From NCBI GenBank assembly GCA_965215265.1, contig OZ244048.1, positions 96,001 through 160,000 on the forward strand: 64,000 bases of DNA. The letters are read 5' to 3'. Position 1 is the first letter of the stretch. Each line of letters begins with the position of its first letter. The translations under genes were made by a program, and so were the position numbers. The stretch is from Candidatus Poribacteria bacterium. Lineage in GTDB: Bacteria > Poribacteria > WGA-4E > WGA-3G. The notes below the pieces were generated by a model. That model had not been told where the DNA came from, searched no databases, and saw nothing but the letters and a program-made list of their open reading frames with translations. Below are positions 60,151-64,000 of the stretch, piece after piece.

Positions 60151-61746
60151 ATGAAGCAAATGAAAGTGGAAAAACTTCACGGGTCTGCAGTTATGTCGTC
60201 CCAACTTGTTGAGTTGGAGAGGCTTATACAAGAAGATTCAGCGTGCATCTTCGGGCCGTTTGGGTTTCAGAAGAGCGGAAGAGTTGTTGTGACAAGTGCA
60301 CCGGCGCGGCTTGATATTATGGGCGGTATTGCAGATTACTGCGGTGCGAACGTCTTTGAAATGACGCTCAGCCGCACTGCGACTGTTATCTCTCAAGCGC
60401 GTGAAGATAGGAACATCCGGGCAGTCACACTGGGCATCGGATCCCAATTTTTCCTGCAGACACCGCATTTTGAGACTGAAGAGAATATCCAATGGTTAGG
60501 CAATCAGAGGGTAAAGAGTGGTTTTCAGATATCGCTTGATGATTTCTATAGTAATGGGAATCTCAAAACTTACTCCGAGATTCATGAACTGCTCAGCAAG
60601 AACTCGATGTCTGCCTGGGTCGGGTATATCCTCGGTGCTTTTTATGTACTTCTTAAAGAAGGCTGGGTGGACCAGTTTAAACACGGGGCGGCAATTATTC
60701 TCAGCAGCAATATTCCGAGCGGCACGGGCATTGCATCCTCTGCGGCGATTGAGGTGGCAGCCTTGATGGGAATTAACAGGCTCTACAATCTGAATTTGAG
60801 TGAACTTGAGCTGGCTATAGCTGCCCAAATCGTTGAAAATCGTGTTGTTGGTGCGCCGTGCGGTATTATGGACCAGGTGACTGTGACATCAGGCACCTCG
60901 GAAAAGGTGCTTTCTATTCGATGTCAGCCTCGTGCGCTGCCGCAAGCAAAAGAGAGGGGCAGTTTTTCAGGGCAGACTCACATAGCCGAAGCCCCTTATG
61001 AAATCCTTGAATACGTCTCGTGTCCGATGCATGTCAGTTTCATTGGAATTGATACGAAAGCCCCGCGAAGTACCACAAGCGATGCCTATATTGACACCCG
61101 GACTGCTGCTTTTATGGGTTTGACAATTTTACAGCATGAATTAAAATTCGAGAGTAACTATCTGTGCAACTTGTCTGTTCAAGAATTTCATGAACGGTGT
61201 GAACCGTTGTTGCCAGAGCGTATGCACGGAGCGGCGTTTCTTACAAAATACGGTGAGACCGTGGATACTGTGACCTCGGTCAGTCCGGAGAAAGTTTACG
61301 CTATCCGGAATTGCGTGCAGCATCCGATTTACGAAAACGCGCGGGTTAAGCAATTTATTACCGCCCTTAAAAATGTAGACAGATACCCGGAACGCAGGTA
61401 TGAGTATCTCAGAGAAGCTGGGGAGTTGATGTACGAATCAAACAAGAGTTATCGAGAACTCGCTGGGCTGGGTTCGCCTGAGGTAGATGGGCTTATCAAC
61501 ATTGTTCGAAAAATTGGAGAACAGGGTGGTATTTACGGTGCGAAAATTACGGGGGGTGGGGGCGGCGGCACTGTGGCTTTGCTCTGCTATGGTACTATGT
61601 CGCCCGCCTTGACACAAATTCTTGCTGCCTATAAGCTCGCTTGGGGACTTGAGGCAGACAGTTTTATAGGCACTGCTCCCGGCGCTTATGAATTTGACCA
61701 CCACTTGTGGGAATTGAAAGAGAGTGAACCGCTTACACATTTTTAG
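60151..61746 (+). CDS. GHMP sugar kinase (galactokinase/L-arabinokinase-like)
   Basis: SAPARLDIMGGIADY, IPSGTGIASSAA, PCGIMDQ, GAKITGGGGGG. Confidence 0.9.
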   Translation: MKQMKVEKLHGSAVMSSQLVELERLIQEDSACIFGPFGFQKSGRVVVTSAPARLDIMGGIADYCGANVFEMTLSRTATVISQAREDRNIRAVTLGIGSQFFLQTPHFETEENIQWLGNQRVKSGFQISLDDFYSNGNLKTYSEIHELLSKNSMSAWVGYILGAFYVLLKEGWVDQFKHGAAIILSSNIPSGTGIASSAAIEVAALMGINRLYNLNLSELELAIAAQIVENRVVGAPCGIMDQVTVTSGTSEKVLSIRCQPRALPQAKERGSFSGQTHIAEAPYEILEYVSCPMHVSFIGIDTKAPRSTTSDAYIDTRTAAFMGLTILQHELKFESNYLCNLSVQEFHERCEPLLPERMHGAAFLTKYGETVDTVTSVSPEKVYAIRNCVQHPIYENARVKQFITALKNVDRYPERRYEYLREAGELMYESNKSYRELAGLGSPEVDGLINIVRKIGEQGGIYGAKITGGGGGGTVALLCYGTMSPALTQILAAYKLAWGLEADSFIGTAPGAYEFDHHLWELKESEPLTHF

Positions 61747-61831
61747 GGTGTACTCCGGCCAAATAGGCAGTGATGAGCAAGGCAGCGGTATAAAAAAAAT
61801 AGTGAAACATTTTAGAAAGTGAAAGTAAACT

Positions 61832-63820
61832 GTGCAAAACTCACAATCTCTTAATGAGGGTAGCTTAGCGGCAGAACCGCGTAACCGCACCGATATCGGC
61901 GTTACTTGGCGTGCAATTCTGATCGCTCTTTTCCTCATTCCGCCTAATGTATTTTGGGTCATTGAAGTTGAGTGTGTCTGGCATTCCGGACACCCGACTA
62001 CGATATCCCTATTCTGGAACGTTGTCCTCAACATCTTTTTTCTGATTTTGATAAACCTGTTTATCAAGCGTGTTGCCCCGAAGGCTGCGTTAACACAAGG
62101 CGAGATGATTACCATCTACGCGATGCTCTCCATCGCCTCTGGTTTGGCGGGGCACGATACGCTGGCTCTCACAATTCCGGCCCTCCCGCATGCCTTCTGG
62201 TTCGCAACAATAGAGAATGATTGGGCGGACATGTTCCACACGTATATCCCGCAGCATCTTGTGGTTGCCGACAAGGAACTGATTCGGGGATTTTACGAAG
62301 GCAATACGCCATTCTACAACGCGAAGATTGGTGGGGCGTGGATAAAGCCTACGTTGTGGTGGACCTCGTTTATCCTCGCCCTTGGTACGATTATGATCTG
62401 TCTGAATGTGCTAATTCGGAAGCAGTGGACAGAGCACGAAAAATTGGCGTATCCGATTATCCAGCTGCCGATGGCCATAACGGAGCGCGGTGGGACCGCC
62501 ACACTGTTCCGGAATCGGATTTTGTGGTACGGTTTTATCATCGCTGCAGTATTGAATATATGGCACGGCCTGGCACACTTTTTCCCGGTGTTACCTGATT
62601 TCAGCGTCCGGCATAATGCCCGCAATTGGGGCAGATTCTTTACAGAAAAACCGTGGAACGCTGTGGGAAATATTCCGGTTCCGTTCTACCCGTTCGTGAT
62701 TGGCTTAGGGTTTCTGCTCCCGCTCGACCTCTCTTTTTCGATGTGGTTTTTCTTTTTGTTTGAGAAGGCGCAGCGAGTTTTCGGGAGTGCCTTGGCAATT
62801 CCAGCCCCGTTCCCTTATAACAGCGAACAATCCATCGGGGGCTGGATGGCAATTTTCGTCATCGCCCTCCTTGTCACACGCAAACACATTGCGAAGGTTG
62901 TCCGCACCGTTTTGGGGGTGCATGGCGGTATTGACGACTCTCAAGAGCCGATCCGTTATCGGACAGCAATTCTGTTGATAGTGCTTGCGAGTCTCTATAT
63001 TATTTGGTTCTGCCTGAAGGCCGGGATGACGCTTCCGATTATTCTGCCGTTCTTTGCTTTTTTCTACGCCATTTCAATAGCCATCACGCGTGTACGTGCG
63101 GAGCTCGGCCCGCCTGCGCATGAAATGGCTGGTATGTGTAACGCGCAGCAGTTCCTCATCAATATCTTAGGTACGCGTGCGATCGGACCCAATAATTTGA
63201 CTGTTTTCCCCTATTTCTGGTTTTTCAGTGGGCGCGGCTACCGTGAACACATTATGCCGCATCAATTAGAGGCTTTCAAAATGGCAGAACGTGCGAAAAT
63301 GAATACCAAACGACTCGTACTCGCGATGGTTATTGCTGTCGTTTTCGGTTCTCTTGCCTCCTTTTGGGTGACACTCAGCGAACTCTATCGCTTAGGTGGT
63401 GCGATAACCGGTGCCGGAGGCGGCATCGGCCCATCTGTTGGACATATTGGACAATTTGGCTGGCTCGCAGGGCTGTTTGCGTTCCCACGCGACCCGGATA
63501 TTCCGGCGATGAGTTTCATGGCCGGCGGAATGTTCTTCACTTTCTTCCTGATGATCATGCGGATGCGATTCATTTGGTGGCCTCTCCACCCCGCCGGTTA
63601 TCCTATCTCTATGACGTTTGGTGTAGGTTATTTTTGGAGCTGCCTCGTTATTAGCAGCTTCCTCAAGTGGATGGCTCTCCGTTTCGGTGGCCCCGGCACC
63701 TATCGCAAAATGGTCTTCTTCTTTTTTGGTGTTATCCTTGGCGAATACTGTGTCGGGGCGTTCTGGAGCGTCTTGAGCGTCATTATTCGAGAACCGATCT
63801 ATGACTTCGCCCCGGGTTAG
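61832..63820 (+). CDS. Polytopic membrane protein, OPT-like putative transporter (DUF6785/DUF6784-like)
   Basis: About 16 TM helices; GVTWRAILI, RKQW..EKLAYPI, TRVRAELG, WWPLHPAGY. Confidence 0.75.
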   Translation: MQNSQSLNEGSLAAEPRNRTDIGVTWRAILIALFLIPPNVFWVIEVECVWHSGHPTTISLFWNVVLNIFFLILINLFIKRVAPKAALTQGEMITIYAMLSIASGLAGHDTLALTIPALPHAFWFATIENDWADMFHTYIPQHLVVADKELIRGFYEGNTPFYNAKIGGAWIKPTLWWTSFILALGTIMICLNVLIRKQWTEHEKLAYPIIQLPMAITERGGTATLFRNRILWYGFIIAAVLNIWHGLAHFFPVLPDFSVRHNARNWGRFFTEKPWNAVGNIPVPFYPFVIGLGFLLPLDLSFSMWFFFLFEKAQRVFGSALAIPAPFPYNSEQSIGGWMAIFVIALLVTRKHIAKVVRTVLGVHGGIDDSQEPIRYRTAILLIVLASLYIIWFCLKAGMTLPIILPFFAFFYAISIAITRVRAELGPPAHEMAGMCNAQQFLINILGTRAIGPNNLTVFPYFWFFSGRGYREHIMPHQLEAFKMAERAKMNTKRLVLAMVIAVVFGSLASFWVTLSELYRLGGAITGAGGGIGPSVGHIGQFGWLAGLFAFPRDPDIPAMSFMAGGMFFTFFLMIMRMRFIWWPLHPAGYPISMTFGVGYFWSCLVISSFLKWMALRFGGPGTYRKMVFFFFGVILGEYCVGAFWSVLSVIIREPIYDFAPG

Positions 63821-63851
63821 AATAACTGGGCTGTCGGGATATTTCCTCATT

Positions 63852-64000
63852 ATGACAAAAATCTCAACAATTTACTTGTGGGCCCCGTCCATCATTCTCA
63901 TGTTATTAAGTAGCAGTATCTCGGCAGATGAAGGCAGCCATGCCGCTGAATTTCTCAGCCACGGTGTGGGTGCGCGCGCATTAGGAATGGGCAGTGCATT
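63852..64000 (+). CDS. PorV/PorQ (FadL-like) outer membrane protein, N-terminal part (partial)
   Basis: Hand translation MTKISTIYLWAPSIILMLLSSSISADEGSHAAEFLSHGVGARALGMGSA; the FL..GVGARALGMG motif is typical of the PorV/PorQ family. Confidence 0.8.
   Translation, partial: MTKISTIYLWAPSIILMLLSSSISADEGSHAAEFLSHGVGARALGMGSA

Overview
Chromosomal window of a diderm bacterium, inferred to be Candidatus Poribacteria or a relative. The inference rests on multiple PhyH dioxygenases, three enolase-superfamily (MR/MLE) genes, an internalin-type LRR gene, secreted proteins ending in a 'VxPxGKLxTxWxxxK' motif, and a PorV-like gene. It contains housekeeping genes (glpK, bioA, truD, rpmB, relA/spoT, recJ, tmk, holB, metG, addB-like, queC), carbohydrate/acid catabolism genes, transporters and a small defence hot spot at ~46.3-54.7 kb. 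That hot spot holds a Type ISP restriction-modification enzyme, a truncated LRR gene, an orphan frameshifted C-terminal-domain remnant, and an Rpn nuclease with an apparent internal antitoxin start. The most striking unexplained structure is a family of intergenic repeats built from a ~65-bp arm (outer motif TTTCGTmTAyytCmGymCC, inner motif ATCTCGTCGGAG). It occurs as two-arm hairpin elements, single arms and stacks of progressively truncated arms at seven loci, including an array filling the ~440-nt metG leader. No rRNA, tRNA or CRISPR array was recognised. All calls are from reading the sequence; no database searches were run.
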